This document shows, in pieces, positions 28,941-38,946 of a stretch of DNA of 64,000 bases (position 1 is its first letter; each line of letters begins with the position of its first letter). A program made the translations under genes and the position numbers. The notes beneath the pieces were generated by a model. That model ran no database searches. It was given only the letters and a program-made list of their open reading frames with translations, and was not told where the DNA came from. The DNA comes from Bacteroidota bacterium (lineage in GTDB: Bacteria; Bacteroidota; Bacteroidia; Bacteroidales; UBA7960): the NCBI GenBank assembly GCA_007694165.1, contig RECE01000212.1:29505-93504 (forward strand), in the 5' to 3' direction.

Positions 28941-30071
28941 ATGAGCATGCAAAAGACTCAAAGATACCTGGCCCTGGATGTATTACGAGGAATGACCATT
29001 GCTTTCATGATCCTGGTCAATACACCCGGAAGCTGGCAATTTATTTACCCTCCGCTCAAACATGCTGCATGGCACGGTTGCACTCCCACTGACCTTGTTT
29101 TTCCGTTTTTTCTTTTCGTGGTGGGTGTGTCCATGTTTTTTTCTTTTTCCAAATACGAAAACAGGCTCACCAAAGACTCATTGCTGCGGGTAACGAGAAG
29201 GTTTGTTTTGATTTTTGCTATCGGTTTGTTTATCAACTCCTACCCGCAATGGATTACTGATTATTCCCAGCTGCGTATCATGGGAGTCCTTCAGCGAATT
29301 GCCGTGGCCTACCTCCTGGCTTCATTAATTGTATTAACTGTTTCCAGAAAGTGGGTTATTGTATCGGGGTGCATTGTTTTGCTGGGCTACTGGGCTGTTC
29401 TGTACTTTTTTGGAGGAGAAGATCCCTATAGTCTTACCGGAAATGTCACCATACCTTTTGATAGTGCAATTCTGGGCGAAAATCACCTCTACAAAGGCTT
29501 TAGGCACGATGGGCAGGTCGTACCTTTTGATCCTGAAGGTTTATTGAGTTCTCTTCCCGCTGTAGTTACCATTCTGTTGGGATACCTGGCAGGGCATATC
29601 ATCAAAGAATCGGAAAAAAACAAAGTACCGGTAAAACTTCTTGCCTATGGTGTCATTTTTACGCTGGCTGGTTATCTGTGGAGTTTTATTCTTCCCTTGA
29701 ATAAGCCTCTCTGGACCAGTTCTTATGTGTTATACACCGCAGGCCTTGCAGCTATACTTTTTGCTGTTCTGATATACTTTATTGATTTAAAGGGCTACAA
29801 AAAATGGACTTCCTTTTTTGTTGTTTTCGGATTAAATCCCCTTTTTATTTTCGCGTTATCAGGCATCTGGGCCAAAACTTTATGGCACATCGTCAGGTTT
29901 GAAGATGCGCATGGAAAAATCATTACCGGAAGCGGGTGGTTATACCAGCAAATTTTTGTTCCACTGGCAGGCAGTATGAACGGCTCACTTCTATATGCCA
30001 TAACCCATGTTGTTTTCTTTTGGCTCATTGGGTACATATTGTACAGGAACAAAATCTTTATCAAAGTATAA
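28941..30071 (+). CDS. Heparan-alpha-glucosaminide N-acetyltransferase-like membrane protein (DUF5009/DUF1624)
   Basis: 376 aa, polytopic. The N-terminal RYLALDVLRGMTIAFMILVNTPGSW motif is typical of this family. Confidence 0.7.
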   Translation: MSMQKTQRYLALDVLRGMTIAFMILVNTPGSWQFIYPPLKHAAWHGCTPTDLVFPFFLFVVGVSMFFSFSKYENRLTKDSLLRVTRRFVLIFAIGLFINSYPQWITDYSQLRIMGVLQRIAVAYLLASLIVLTVSRKWVIVSGCIVLLGYWAVLYFFGGEDPYSLTGNVTIPFDSAILGENHLYKGFRHDGQVVPFDPEGLLSSLPAVVTILLGYLAGHIIKESEKNKVPVKLLAYGVIFTLAGYLWSFILPLNKPLWTSSYVLYTAGLAAILFAVLIYFIDLKGYKKWTSFFVVFGLNPLFIFALSGIWAKTLWHIVRFEDAHGKIITGSGWLYQQIFVPLAGSMNGSLLYAITHVVFFWLIGYILYRNKIFIKV

Positions 30072-30299
30072 ATGTCCTGGTTTGGTCGCTATTTAGAATC
30101 AATATAAATAGCTGAAATTGTGGTTTGTAGCATTTATTTACGCCTTTTTATGCTTATTTTTGCAAGTAACAGTGTTTAGTTTGCTTGCAAACCGAAAAAA
30201 ACGATAAGGTTCGGTTAAAAAGATCGGGGGTTTGAAAGTCGAAATTAAAGATTGTAAACAAGTGCGTTCAGTTTTTAATTATTAACCAAATCCTTTGCT

Positions 30300-31568
30300 A
30301 TGAAAAATCGTTTTACAATCTTTATGGTTCTTTTTTCAGGGATTCTATTTTTATCGCTCAGAAGCCACAACGGACACAAAAATAGTGGGCAAGCCCCAAT
30401 TGGTCGTACAGGTGCTCCGTCTGAATCTACCTGTGCTGCGTGTCATTCGGGAGGAAGCTATTCCGGAGAAATGAGTTTTTCTTTGGGTGAGAAAATCCAA
30501 CCTGAATATGAGCCGGGACAAACCTATACCATCACCTTTATAGGCGAATATGATGCCCCCAGGTATGGTTTTTCGATGACTGTACTGGATGAGTCTGACC
30601 TGCCTGCAGGTGCTTTTACACTTTTAAATTCAGATAATACCTCTCTGCAAACCGGAGGAAGCGCAAGACAATATGTAGGGCATAAAAATGCCAATACCAA
30701 CAATTCGTGGACTTTTCAATGGACTGCACCGGAGCAGGCAGTAGGTAATATTACTTTTTATTATGTAATCAATGCTGCCGATGGCAACAATGGTACCAGT
30801 GGCGATTATATTGAAACCGGAAGCACTGTAGTGTTTCCCGCGGAAGAGCCTGTAAAATATGTCCTTAGCCTCAGCAGTAACCCTGCAGGCGCAGGCAGTC
30901 TCAGCGGAGCAGGCGAATATGAAGAATCTGCAACCGTGAATGTATCAGCAGTGGCCAACCCCGGTTATTTGTTTGTTAACTGGACCGATGAGGATACCAT
31001 CCTGAGCGAGGATCCTGTCTTTGATTATGTAATGCCTGCCAGCGACAAAAATCTGGTAGCCAACTTTATCATTGACGATACTGTCGATTTTTTCACTCTT
31101 ACCTTTGAGGTAATGGATGAGGAAAATGAGCCGGTGCTGGATGCTGTAATTACCTTTGGAACCATTGTAAACGAACCTGGGGACTATGTTTTTGAATTGG
31201 CTGCAGGCTTTTACGATTACAAAGTGGAGAAGGAAGGGTTTGTTACCTTCACTTTTCAGGATTATGAAGTTACACAGGACGAAACCATAAACGTAGTACT
31301 TGCGTCAGATGAAACAGGTATAGACTACTTCTCAGCGCAACACCTGAGAATATTTCCTAACCCCGCCAGCGAAGTTTTAAAGATTGAACTTGATGATATG
31401 GCCACTGGTATAAAGATTCTGGATATGAGTGGCAGAATTGTATTTGAATCCCAAAAGGATTTTAAAGTACTTTCTTTAAATGTAAGTAGTTGGCAAAAAG
31501 GTATTTATCTTATAATTGCCCAGACCCCCAATGGGCAAAAAACAAGTAAGGTATTGATTGGTAATTGA
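30300..31568 (+). CDS. Secreted T9SS cargo with an N-terminal CxxCH-containing domain and an InlB B-repeat-like module
   Basis: 422 aa with a signal peptide. GRTGAPSESTCAACHSGG contains CAACH. NPAGAGSLSGAGEYEESATVNVSAVANPGYLFVNW resembles the Listeria-Bacteroides repeat. C-terminus: RIFPNPASEVLKIEL...GIYLIIAQTPNGQKTSKVLI (T9SS type A sorting domain). Confidence 0.65.
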   Translation: MKNRFTIFMVLFSGILFLSLRSHNGHKNSGQAPIGRTGAPSESTCAACHSGGSYSGEMSFSLGEKIQPEYEPGQTYTITFIGEYDAPRYGFSMTVLDESDLPAGAFTLLNSDNTSLQTGGSARQYVGHKNANTNNSWTFQWTAPEQAVGNITFYYVINAADGNNGTSGDYIETGSTVVFPAEEPVKYVLSLSSNPAGAGSLSGAGEYEESATVNVSAVANPGYLFVNWTDEDTILSEDPVFDYVMPASDKNLVANFIIDDTVDFFTLTFEVMDEENEPVLDAVITFGTIVNEPGDYVFELAAGFYDYKVEKEGFVTFTFQDYEVTQDETINVVLASDETGIDYFSAQHLRIFPNPASEVLKIELDDMATGIKILDMSGRIVFESQKDFKVLSLNVSSWQKGIYLIIAQTPNGQKTSKVLIGN

Positions 31569-31590
31569 TTCGATATATCAATAATTTAAG

Positions 31591-31630
31591 AAAAGCCGGA
31601 AAAGTCAATGATAGACTATCCGGCTTTTCT
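31591..31630. terminator. Intrinsic terminator in a convergent spacer
   Basis: AAAAGCCGGA ...18 nt... TCCGGCTTTT, with runs on both sides. Confidence 0.65.
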
Positions 31631-31922
31631 GGTTATGCAATAAATAGTAATTGCCCGGCTTAATCTACTGCCATAACGGGAATTTGAATACGCTCTCAAT
31701 GGTTAGCAAATATGGGCAGCGTGCTAAACTCTTGTGATGGAAAATCCCGTAATGGTGCCTGGGCCCGATACAGTACCTACCCAGTGGAAAGAAAAACTTC
31801 CATAGCGTGATATTGTGAAAACAACAGGGGAGGAGATAGCATCTGTTTAAATCTCAAATCATTTTACAATAATGATTGGGAATGAGGTTTTTAAACTCGC
31901 ATCATAATCAGAATACCAACTA

Positions 31923-32390
31923 TCAGGTTTTTCTGTAATACTTGCCCATGTATTCAGCCTGATCTAAGATCAAATCCTTAATGGCGGGATAAAATTCGGT
32001 GGCATCGCCAATAGACTCGCGGGGTAGTTTTTTTCTCAGTGCAAAAATTTTGAAAAAATACCGGTGCTCTTCACCCTTTGGAGGACAAGGGCCCCTGTAT
32101 CCAATCTTTCCAAAATCATTCTTGGATTGGGAGGCTCCATTATCCAGATTTTTCTGAATGGGTATAATTTTTTCGAGCTCGTGACAATCAGCTGGAATAT
32201 TATACATTATCCAATGACAAAAAGTGCCTCCCGGTGCATCAGGATCCTCCATGATTAGTGCAAAAGTTACTGTGTTTTTAGGCTCGCCGCCCCATCTGAG
32301 CAAAGGAGATAAATCGTCTCCCTCGCAGGTATGAACCACAGGAATGGGAAAGCCATACTCAAACGCTGTGCTTGCAATTTCAAATGCCAT
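31923..32390 (-). CDS. YbhB/YbcL family Raf-kinase-inhibitor-like protein (PEBP)
   Basis: 155 aa. DPDAPGGTFCHW and GYRGPCPP..HRY motifs mark bacterial PEBP proteins. Confidence 0.8.
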   Translation of the reverse strand: MAFEIASTAFEYGFPIPVVHTCEGDDLSPLLRWGGEPKNTVTFALIMEDPDAPGGTFCHWIMYNIPADCHELEKIIPIQKNLDNGASQSKNDFGKIGYRGPCPPKGEEHRYFFKIFALRKKLPRESIGDATEFYPAIKDLILDQAEYMGKYYRKT

Positions 32391-32487
32391 ACTTTCAAGG
32401 TTTTTGAATTAAACTTTACTGATATTTTGTGCGGGTATATGGGTTAATGCTCCTATGAGCAAAGTTTCTCAAAAAATCGATATAAAA

Positions 32488-32685
32488 TTACTCTTGTTCA
32501 TATCCAATTACCTCTACAGGACAACTTTCCGCAGCTTCTATAATATCGTTTTCATTGGCATTCAGATTTGCTCCTTCTTTTACAATGGCTGTATCATCGG
32601 GTAAGTCAAATATATCGGGAGCGATATCCACGCATATTCCACAGGCTGTGCAGCCATCTTCAATCCAAACTTTTTTAAGTGTCAT
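32488..32685 (-). CDS. Small ferredoxin (single Fe-S cluster type)
   Basis: 65 aa. CTACGICVDIAP...AAESCPVEVI gives the CxxCxxC...CP ligand pattern. Confidence 0.8.
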   Translation of the reverse strand: MTLKKVWIEDGCTACGICVDIAPDIFDLPDDTAIVKEGANLNANENDIIEAAESCPVEVIGYEQE

Positions 32686-33023
32686 AATTGTAAATTTTTA
32701 GGTTCTCAAAATTAATATGCATCAAAAAGCACTTCTTGCTCCTTAATAACATTTCAAAACTAAGGCATATGCATTTAACCACCAATATAAGAAATTTAAA
32801 CGGAATAATAAAGGAATTAGCCAATAATAATTAACCACTATTGAACCATTGGTTTGCGAAACTCTTGCTTTCTGTGAAATTTGGCTTCAAGCGTATTATC
32901 GTTGTATAAAAGCATAGTCAGGCCAAATGTCTTAATAATTACAACTAAGATTGATTATTCTTATAAATTTCAGTACATTAGTAAAAAAACTGATTGTAAA
33001 ATGATTAAAAAGGAGAGATAGTT

Positions 33024-34097
33024 ATGGATGCATTGATAAATAAAACAAAGGACATTGAAGAATTATTGGGCGATTCTGCAAAATCATTGCTTGAGCATAA
33101 ATCATCGACCATTCCGGTTAAAAATCTTCACCTGCCTGGCCCGCATGTAATTGATGAAATATTTGCCAATAGCAATCGCAGTACTCCAACATTGATTAAC
33201 CTGTCCCGAATCTATAACCATGGCAGACTTGCCGGTACCGGGTATTTATCTGTACTGCCGGTAGATCAGGGTATTGAGCACACGGCAGGAAGTTCATTTG
33301 CTCCCAACCCTCAATACTTTGACCCCGAAAACATCATTAAGCTTGCTATCGAAGGAGGTTGTAATGCAGTTGCATCAACTTTTGGCGGGCTTGCACTCAA
33401 TGCAAGAAAGTACGCCCACAAGATTCCTTTCATTGTAAAAATCAATCACAATGAATTGATGACTTATCCCAATAAGTACGATCAGATTATGTTTGGTACA
33501 GTTGAAGAGGCCTGGAATCTGGGTGCTGCGGCCATTGGGGCAACCATATATTTTGGTTCAGAAGAATCCAACCGGCAGATTGTTGAGGTGGCAGAAGCAT
33601 TTGAACGGGCTCATGAACTGGGAATGGCAACCATATTATGGTGCTATACACGCAACAGTGCGTTCAAAACAAAAGAAAAAGATTTTCATACAGCTGCCGA
33701 CCTTACCGGTCAGGCCAATCATTTAGGAGTAACCCTTAAAGCAGATATAATCAAACAAAAACTACCCGACACCAATGGTGGATTTGAGACTTTGAAATTT
33801 GGCAAATTTCATCCGGCCATGTATGATAAACTTAGTTCTGAACATCCCATCGATTTGTGCCGATACCAGGTGGCCAATTGCTACATGGGTAAGATCGGAC
33901 TCATAAATTCTGGTGGGGCCTCCTCGGGAAGCAGTGATTTTGCCGATGCTGCCCGAACTGCCGTAATAAATAAAAGAGCAGGTGGTTCAGGGCTTATTTC
34001 CGGGCGTAAAGCCTTTCAACGCCCCATGGAAAAGGGTGTTGAGTTGCTGAATATTATCCAGGATGTATACCTGAATAAGGAAATCACAATTGCCTGA
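33024..34097 (+). CDS. fbaB: Class I fructose-bisphosphate aldolase (FbaB / DhnA type)
   Basis: 357 aa, collinear with E. coli FbaB as I remember it. Shared blocks: [57 protein letters not shown] and the C-terminal KEITIA. Confidence 0.9.
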   Translation: MDALINKTKDIEELLGDSAKSLLEHKSSTIPVKNLHLPGPHVIDEIFANSNRSTPTLINLSRIYNHGRLAGTGYLSVLPVDQGIEHTAGSSFAPNPQYFDPENIIKLAIEGGCNAVASTFGGLALNARKYAHKIPFIVKINHNELMTYPNKYDQIMFGTVEEAWNLGAAAIGATIYFGSEESNRQIVEVAEAFERAHELGMATILWCYTRNSAFKTKEKDFHTAADLTGQANHLGVTLKADIIKQKLPDTNGGFETLKFGKFHPAMYDKLSSEHPIDLCRYQVANCYMGKIGLINSGGASSGSSDFADAARTAVINKRAGGSGLISGRKAFQRPMEKGVELLNIIQDVYLNKEITIA

Positions 34098-34262
34098 TAG
34101 GTTAATGAATAGGTAATCAAGGCATAAGATAGCTTTATCTGAAAGGCTCCATTGGATACATGGAATGCGATACTGCTTTGTGCCATTGTTAGTAAGACTC
34201 AGCTATGGCCGGGAAAAAGATGATAACCAATAATGTGAATTGTGAATAAACAGGATTGATGT

Positions 34263-34305
34263 AAAAAAAAAGCCCTTTACTATTATTGTAAAGGGCTGAT
34301 TTTTA
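34263..34305 (-). terminator. Intrinsic terminator after tRNA-Arg (may also serve fbaB)
   Basis: Stem GCCCTTTAC / GTAAAGGGC with a 7-nt loop. On the minus strand it is followed by 9 T; on the plus strand by GATTTTT. Confidence 0.75.
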
Positions 34306-34307
34306 AG

Positions 34308-34381
34308 TGACTCCGCCAGGATTCAAACCTGGAACCTTCTGATCCGTAGTCAGATACTCTATTCAGTTGAGCTACGGAGCC
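34308..34381 (-). tRNA. tRNA-Arg (anticodon ACG)
   Basis: Reverse complement: GGCTCCGTAGCTCAACTGAATAGAGTATCTGACTACGGATCAGAAGGTTCCAGGTTTGAATCCTGGCGGAGTCA. It folds as a 74-nt cloverleaf with anticodon stem TCTGA/TCAGA and loop CTACGGA. Confidence 0.9.
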
Positions 34382-34401
34382 ATTTTCTGCGTTTGCGAGT
34401 G

Positions 34402-34409
34402 CAAAGATA
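34402..34409 (-). promoter_or_regulatory. Candidate -7 box for tRNA-Arg
   Basis: The plus strand reads CAAAGATA, which is TATCTTTG (TAnnTTTG) on the minus strand, about 20 nt upstream of the tRNA 5' end. Confidence 0.45.
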
Positions 34410-34559
34410 AAAGGTTTTTTTCAGTTTGCAAGGATTTTCTTTCGTTTTCGCCCGGGAATTTCAAAAACCATCCGGCAAATATATTTTAGTCTTCTTTTAT
34501 GCTTGAATAAGAGTAATTTGGGCACAATAATTCTTTTTAAAGAAAAACTGTACTTTCAG

Positions 34560-35930
34560 TTACTTCTTTTCTTCAAGGGCATCCGGATCCGATACATTAT
34601 GTTTTATCACTGCTTTTTTCTTCCACCTGCCTGTTTTGTAATACAGGAAAGTAGCCACCAGTCCAAACACCCATGCAATAGGTATTCCCCACCATATGCC
34701 TGTTTCGCCCATGTGCTGCGAGAGGTAATAGGAAAAGGGCACGCGCAGAACCCATAGGGAAAAAAGTGTAATAAACATGGGTATCAATGTGTCGCCAGCT
34801 CCTCTGAGTGTACCGTGCATCAGGAACATGGCTCCAAATACAATGTAAAATGAGCTGACAATCACCAGGTAATCATAACCAATATCAATAACCAGCTGGT
34901 CATCAGTAAAAAATCCCATGAGCGTTTTTCCATATGTCCATGCCACAATGGTAACCAGAAAAGAATATCCTGTAGTCATGGCCAGGCAGGCAATGAGCCC
35001 TTTTCTGACCCTTTCAATTTTATTGGCACCAATGTTTTGACCCACAAAGGTAGAAAGGGCCATGCCAAAATTCATGGCAGGAAGTGTAGCAAACGAATCA
35101 ATACGCCAGGCAATGGAATAAGCGGCAATGGTGGGTGTGCCAAACATATTCACAATGGTCATTAGTGCTGCCATACCCAATGATACAAAAGTATGCTGCA
35201 GCCCGGTGGGGATACCGATTCGCAGGCTCTGCCTGAAAATTTCCCTGTCGAATGACAGGCCGGTGAAGCTGAATTTGATAAGCGGATGGTAGCGGTTAAG
35301 GTAAATAACTGACAATCCAAATGCAATGGCCTGGGCCAGCACAGTGGCAAAAGAAATCCCCGCAATACCCCATTTGAATACCGCAACAAAAAGCAAGTCG
35401 AAACCAATATTGAGAAATGTGGAAATAATAAGAAAGTAGAGAGGGGTTTTGGAATCACCCATACCTCTCAAAATAGCACTTACGCCATTGTATCCCGACA
35501 TAAAAATCAATCCCGACACATACACATTAAAATACTGCATGGCCTGGGGAAGAAGTTCTTCGGGCAGTCCTATCAGCCTGAAAATCTGTTCGGAAAAAAC
35601 CAATCCCAGCACTGAAAGTCCCAAAGAGGAAACAAAAAGAAAAATAAAAGCAGTATCAATTGCCCTTTTAACCTTTACATAATTTTTGTTTCCAAAATAC
35701 TGGCTGATAACCACATTGATACCTGTAGTGATACCTATCATCAGGCTGATGAGTACAAATATTACAGGAAACGAAGCTCCCGCTGCTGCAAGGGCTTCTG
35801 TACCCAGATAATGCCCTATAATAAGGGTGTCAACAATATAGTATAGTTGTTGAAAAACATTTCCAAGAAGCATGGGTAAGGCAAACAGTAAGATTTGTTT
35901 TCCTTCAGGGCCCTTGGTAAGATCACGCAT
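34560..35930 (-). CDS. MATE family efflux transporter
   Basis: 456 aa, 12 predicted helices. The N-terminal ILLFALPMLLGNVFQQLYYIVDTLIIGHYLG motif is typical of MATE/NorM-like proteins. Confidence 0.85.
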   Translation of the reverse strand: MRDLTKGPEGKQILLFALPMLLGNVFQQLYYIVDTLIIGHYLGTEALAAAGASFPVIFVLISLMIGITTGINVVISQYFGNKNYVKVKRAIDTAFIFLFVSSLGLSVLGLVFSEQIFRLIGLPEELLPQAMQYFNVYVSGLIFMSGYNGVSAILRGMGDSKTPLYFLIISTFLNIGFDLLFVAVFKWGIAGISFATVLAQAIAFGLSVIYLNRYHPLIKFSFTGLSFDREIFRQSLRIGIPTGLQHTFVSLGMAALMTIVNMFGTPTIAAYSIAWRIDSFATLPAMNFGMALSTFVGQNIGANKIERVRKGLIACLAMTTGYSFLVTIVAWTYGKTLMGFFTDDQLVIDIGYDYLVIVSSFYIVFGAMFLMHGTLRGAGDTLIPMFITLFSLWVLRVPFSYYLSQHMGETGIWWGIPIAWVFGLVATFLYYKTGRWKKKAVIKHNVSDPDALEEKK

Positions 35931-36200
35931 GAATTAAAAAGATAAACATTGTAAAGAAAATGTTGAAAATAGGAACCGGGTTTATGATTTGCGACTACTT
36001 TTAAACCACTTCACTGGCTTTATGTTTATATGCTAAGCGCTTGCAAAAATAGTTTTTTACTTCAAAACATTGAAATAAACTCTGTTAACAAGATGATAAA
36101 TATAGCAGAGAAAGATAATCCCCAATGCTTTATAAATTTCGTAAATTTGCCCATCCAATAAAAAAGTTTGAAGACAAAAGAAACCAATAAAAAATTGACT

Positions 36201-37157
36201 ATGGATCTATCTGTGATTGTGCCACTATACAACGAAGAAGAATCGCTTCCCGAGCTGGTGTCATGGATATGGCAGGTGACAGGAAAAAAATATAAAACAG
36301 AAGTGATTCTGATTGATGATGGCAGCACTGATGGTTCCTGGGCGGTTATAGAAAAACTCAAAATTGAATATCCTTTCGTGAAGGCTGTGCGTTTTCAACG
36401 CAATTACGGAAAATCGGCTGCATTAAATGTAGCTTTTGCCCAGGCAGAAGGAGAAGTCGTAATTACTATGGATGCGGATCTGCAGGACAGTCCGGATGAA
36501 ATTCCTGAATTGTATCAGATGGTCTCCTCAGGACAATATGATTTGGTAAGTGGCTGGAAGAAAAACCGACAGGACCCTTTATCTAAAACCATCCCCACAA
36601 GAATTTACAACTGGGCTACACGTGCAGCTACAGGTATCAAACTTCATGACTTCAACTGCGGCCTTAAAGCTTACCGGAAAAATGTGGTCAAAAGTATTGA
36701 GGTATATGGAGAGATGCACAGGTACATTCCGGTAATGGCCAAATGGGCTGGGTTTAAAAGAATAGGTGAAAAGAAGGTTGTCCACCAGAAACGTAAGTAC
36801 GGAAAGACCAAATTTGGACTGGAAAGGTTTATCAATGGTTTTCTGGATTTACTTTCTATTACCTTTGTAACCCGTTTTGGTCGCAAGCCGATGCATTTGT
36901 TTGGACTTTTAGGCACCTTTCTTTTTATTGCCGGGTTTCTTATTGCCTTGTATCTTGCTTACGGTAAGTTCTTTATGATGGAATACCGGATGACAGAAAG
37001 ACCATTGTTCTATTTTGGTATGCTGGCCATGATTTTGGGAACGCAGTTGTTTCTTGCAGGTTTTCTGGCCGAACTGGTATCGCGCAACGCCCCTGACAGA
37101 AATAAATATTTAATTGAAAAAACCACAGAAGAAAATTGGCTAAAATCATTATATTAG
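36201..37157 (+). CDS. Family 2 glycosyltransferase (polyprenyl-phosphate sugar transferase, GtrB/ArnC-like)
   Basis: Trimmed from a TTG at 36168 to the in-frame Met (MDLSVIVPLYNEEESLPEL). Has DDGSTD and MDADLQD motifs and two C-terminal TM helices. Confidence 0.8.
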   Translation: MDLSVIVPLYNEEESLPELVSWIWQVTGKKYKTEVILIDDGSTDGSWAVIEKLKIEYPFVKAVRFQRNYGKSAALNVAFAQAEGEVVITMDADLQDSPDEIPELYQMVSSGQYDLVSGWKKNRQDPLSKTIPTRIYNWATRAATGIKLHDFNCGLKAYRKNVVKSIEVYGEMHRYIPVMAKWAGFKRIGEKKVVHQKRKYGKTKFGLERFINGFLDLLSITFVTRFGRKPMHLFGLLGTFLFIAGFLIALYLAYGKFFMMEYRMTERPLFYFGMLAMILGTQLFLAGFLAELVSRNAPDRNKYLIEKTTEENWLKSLY

Positions 37158-38275
37158 GCTCTGCCTATCCCTTAAGAGCGGGAGGGCTTTCCACTTTCAA
37201 TGAAAGATTGGCTGTTGAGTTCCAGGAAATGGGACATGAAGTGATAATCTATACATTCTCACTTCAATATCCCTCATTCTTTTTCCCCGGCAAAACTCAA
37301 TATGCCATCAGGCCCGCCCCCAAAGACCTTACTATCAAAGTATGTGTCAATAGTATCAATCCCTTCAACTGGTTTAAGGTGGCGGCAAAGATTCGCCGCG
37401 AAAACGCTGACCTGATGGTGGTTCGCTATTGGTTACCCTTTATGGCCCCATGCCTGGGAACCATTTCCGGCAGGGTGCGGAAAAACAGAAAAACAAGGGT
37501 TGTTACCATTGCCGATAATATTATCCCACATGAAAAAAGACCGGGAGACAAATTGCTCACCAGCTATTATATTAAGCGAAGTGACGGTTTTGTTACTCTT
37601 AGCCGCTCAGTTCTCAAAGACCTTGAAGACATTGATAAAGATAATAAGCCTAAGATTTTTTCACCACATCCCTTGTACGATAATTTTGGAGATAAAATGT
37701 CACGTGAAGATTCCTTAAAGCTTCTTAAGCTATCTCCCGACTACCGCTACCTGCTGTTCTTTGGGTTTATACGAGATTACAAAGGATTGGATGTTTTGCT
37801 GAAGGCAATGGCTGAACCTGAAATTGATGATTTGCCCATAAGACTCATAGTGGCTGGTGAATATTATTCCTCTGATCAGCCTTACCTGAAAATAATAAGA
37901 GAAAAGGGGTTGGGAGGTAAAGTTGTTTTACATACCCATTTTATCCCTAATGAACTTGTTGCAGCCTATTTCTGTGCCAGTGATCTTGTGGTGCAGCCTT
38001 ACAAAGATGCTACACAGAGTGGAGTTACCCAGGTGGCCTATCATTTCGGAATACCCATGGTGGTATCCAATGTGGGTGCTTTGCCGGAAATGGTGCCCAA
38101 TATGGTGTCAGGTCTTGTGGTAAGGCCAACACCTGCGCATGTAGCAGGTGCAATTTATAAATTTTTCAGCAGAAACCTTGCCGAAGAACTGGGTAAGGGG
38201 GTGGAAAAACAAAAGTTAAGGTTTTCCTGGAAACACCTGGTTGAGGCTATTTTTCAGGTCGCCGGCAAAAAGTAA
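37136..38275 (+). CDS. Family 4 (GT-B) glycosyltransferase
   Basis: 379 aa. TTG start overlaps the previous gene by 22 nt. The N-terminus KIIILGSAYPLRAGG is conserved, so no later ATG fits. The C-terminal E(x7)E-type region is PYKDATQSGV...VGALPEMV. Confidence 0.75.
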   Translation: MAKIIILGSAYPLRAGGLSTFNERLAVEFQEMGHEVIIYTFSLQYPSFFFPGKTQYAIRPAPKDLTIKVCVNSINPFNWFKVAAKIRRENADLMVVRYWLPFMAPCLGTISGRVRKNRKTRVVTIADNIIPHEKRPGDKLLTSYYIKRSDGFVTLSRSVLKDLEDIDKDNKPKIFSPHPLYDNFGDKMSREDSLKLLKLSPDYRYLLFFGFIRDYKGLDVLLKAMAEPEIDDLPIRLIVAGEYYSSDQPYLKIIREKGLGGKVVLHTHFIPNELVAAYFCASDLVVQPYKDATQSGVTQVAYHFGIPMVVSNVGALPEMVPNMVSGLVVRPTPAHVAGAIYKFFSRNLAEELGKGVEKQKLRFSWKHLVEAIFQVAGKK

Positions 38276-38294
38276 ATAAAATCATCATTTTATC

Positions 38295-38876
38295 ATGCAG
38301 GAAGATATCATTCATTCAATAAGAGAGTCCATTGCTGTAAAAGAACAATTGTTGAAAGACCCTCAGTTGCTCCATGATCTTGAGCTTGCTGTTTTGAGTT
38401 TGATCGATTGTTACCGGAACGGGGGTAAAGTGCTGTTTTGTGGTAATGGCGGTAGTGCTGCAGATGCACAGCATATGGCGGCAGAGCTATCAGGGCGTTT
38501 TTATTATGATCGCGATCCTCTGCAGGCCGAGGCACTTCATGTAAACTCATCGTTTGTTACTGCTGTTGCCAATGACTACGGTTATCAACATGTTTTTGCA
38601 CGCATGGTACAGGCATGGGGAAAAAAAGATGACATCCTGGTCGCATTGTCCACCTCAGGAAATTCAGAAAATATAAATTTGGCAATCAAAAAAGCCAGGG
38701 AATTACAAATGAAAATCATTGGATTTACCGGTTCAGATGGTGGCAAAATGAGCAGCTTATGCGACTTGCTTTTAAAGGTTCCTTCTCAGGATACTCCCCG
38801 TATACAGGAATCCCATATTCTTCTGGGTCACATTCTTTGCGAACAGTTAGAGAAAGCTTTGTTTCCCAGATTCTGA
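38295..38876 (+). CDS. gmhA: D-sedoheptulose-7-phosphate isomerase
   Basis: 193 aa SIS domain with CGNGGSAADAQHMAAEL and LSTSGNSENI motifs. Confidence 0.85.
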   Translation: MQEDIIHSIRESIAVKEQLLKDPQLLHDLELAVLSLIDCYRNGGKVLFCGNGGSAADAQHMAAELSGRFYYDRDPLQAEALHVNSSFVTAVANDYGYQHVFARMVQAWGKKDDILVALSTSGNSENINLAIKKARELQMKIIGFTGSDGGKMSSLCDLLLKVPSQDTPRIQESHILLGHILCEQLEKALFPRF

Positions 38877-38946
38877 TAACTTTTGCAAAACGTGCTGCTT
38901 GCCATTCAACTCCTTAGTATATTTCAATTCAAATCTTTTTAAATGC

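Noticed and set aside
36062-36361. 99-aa minus-strand ORF overlapping the GT2 gene start
   Set aside because: It has a TTG start and a hydrophobic low-complexity translation, and it overlaps the well-supported GT2 N-terminus. It is spurious.
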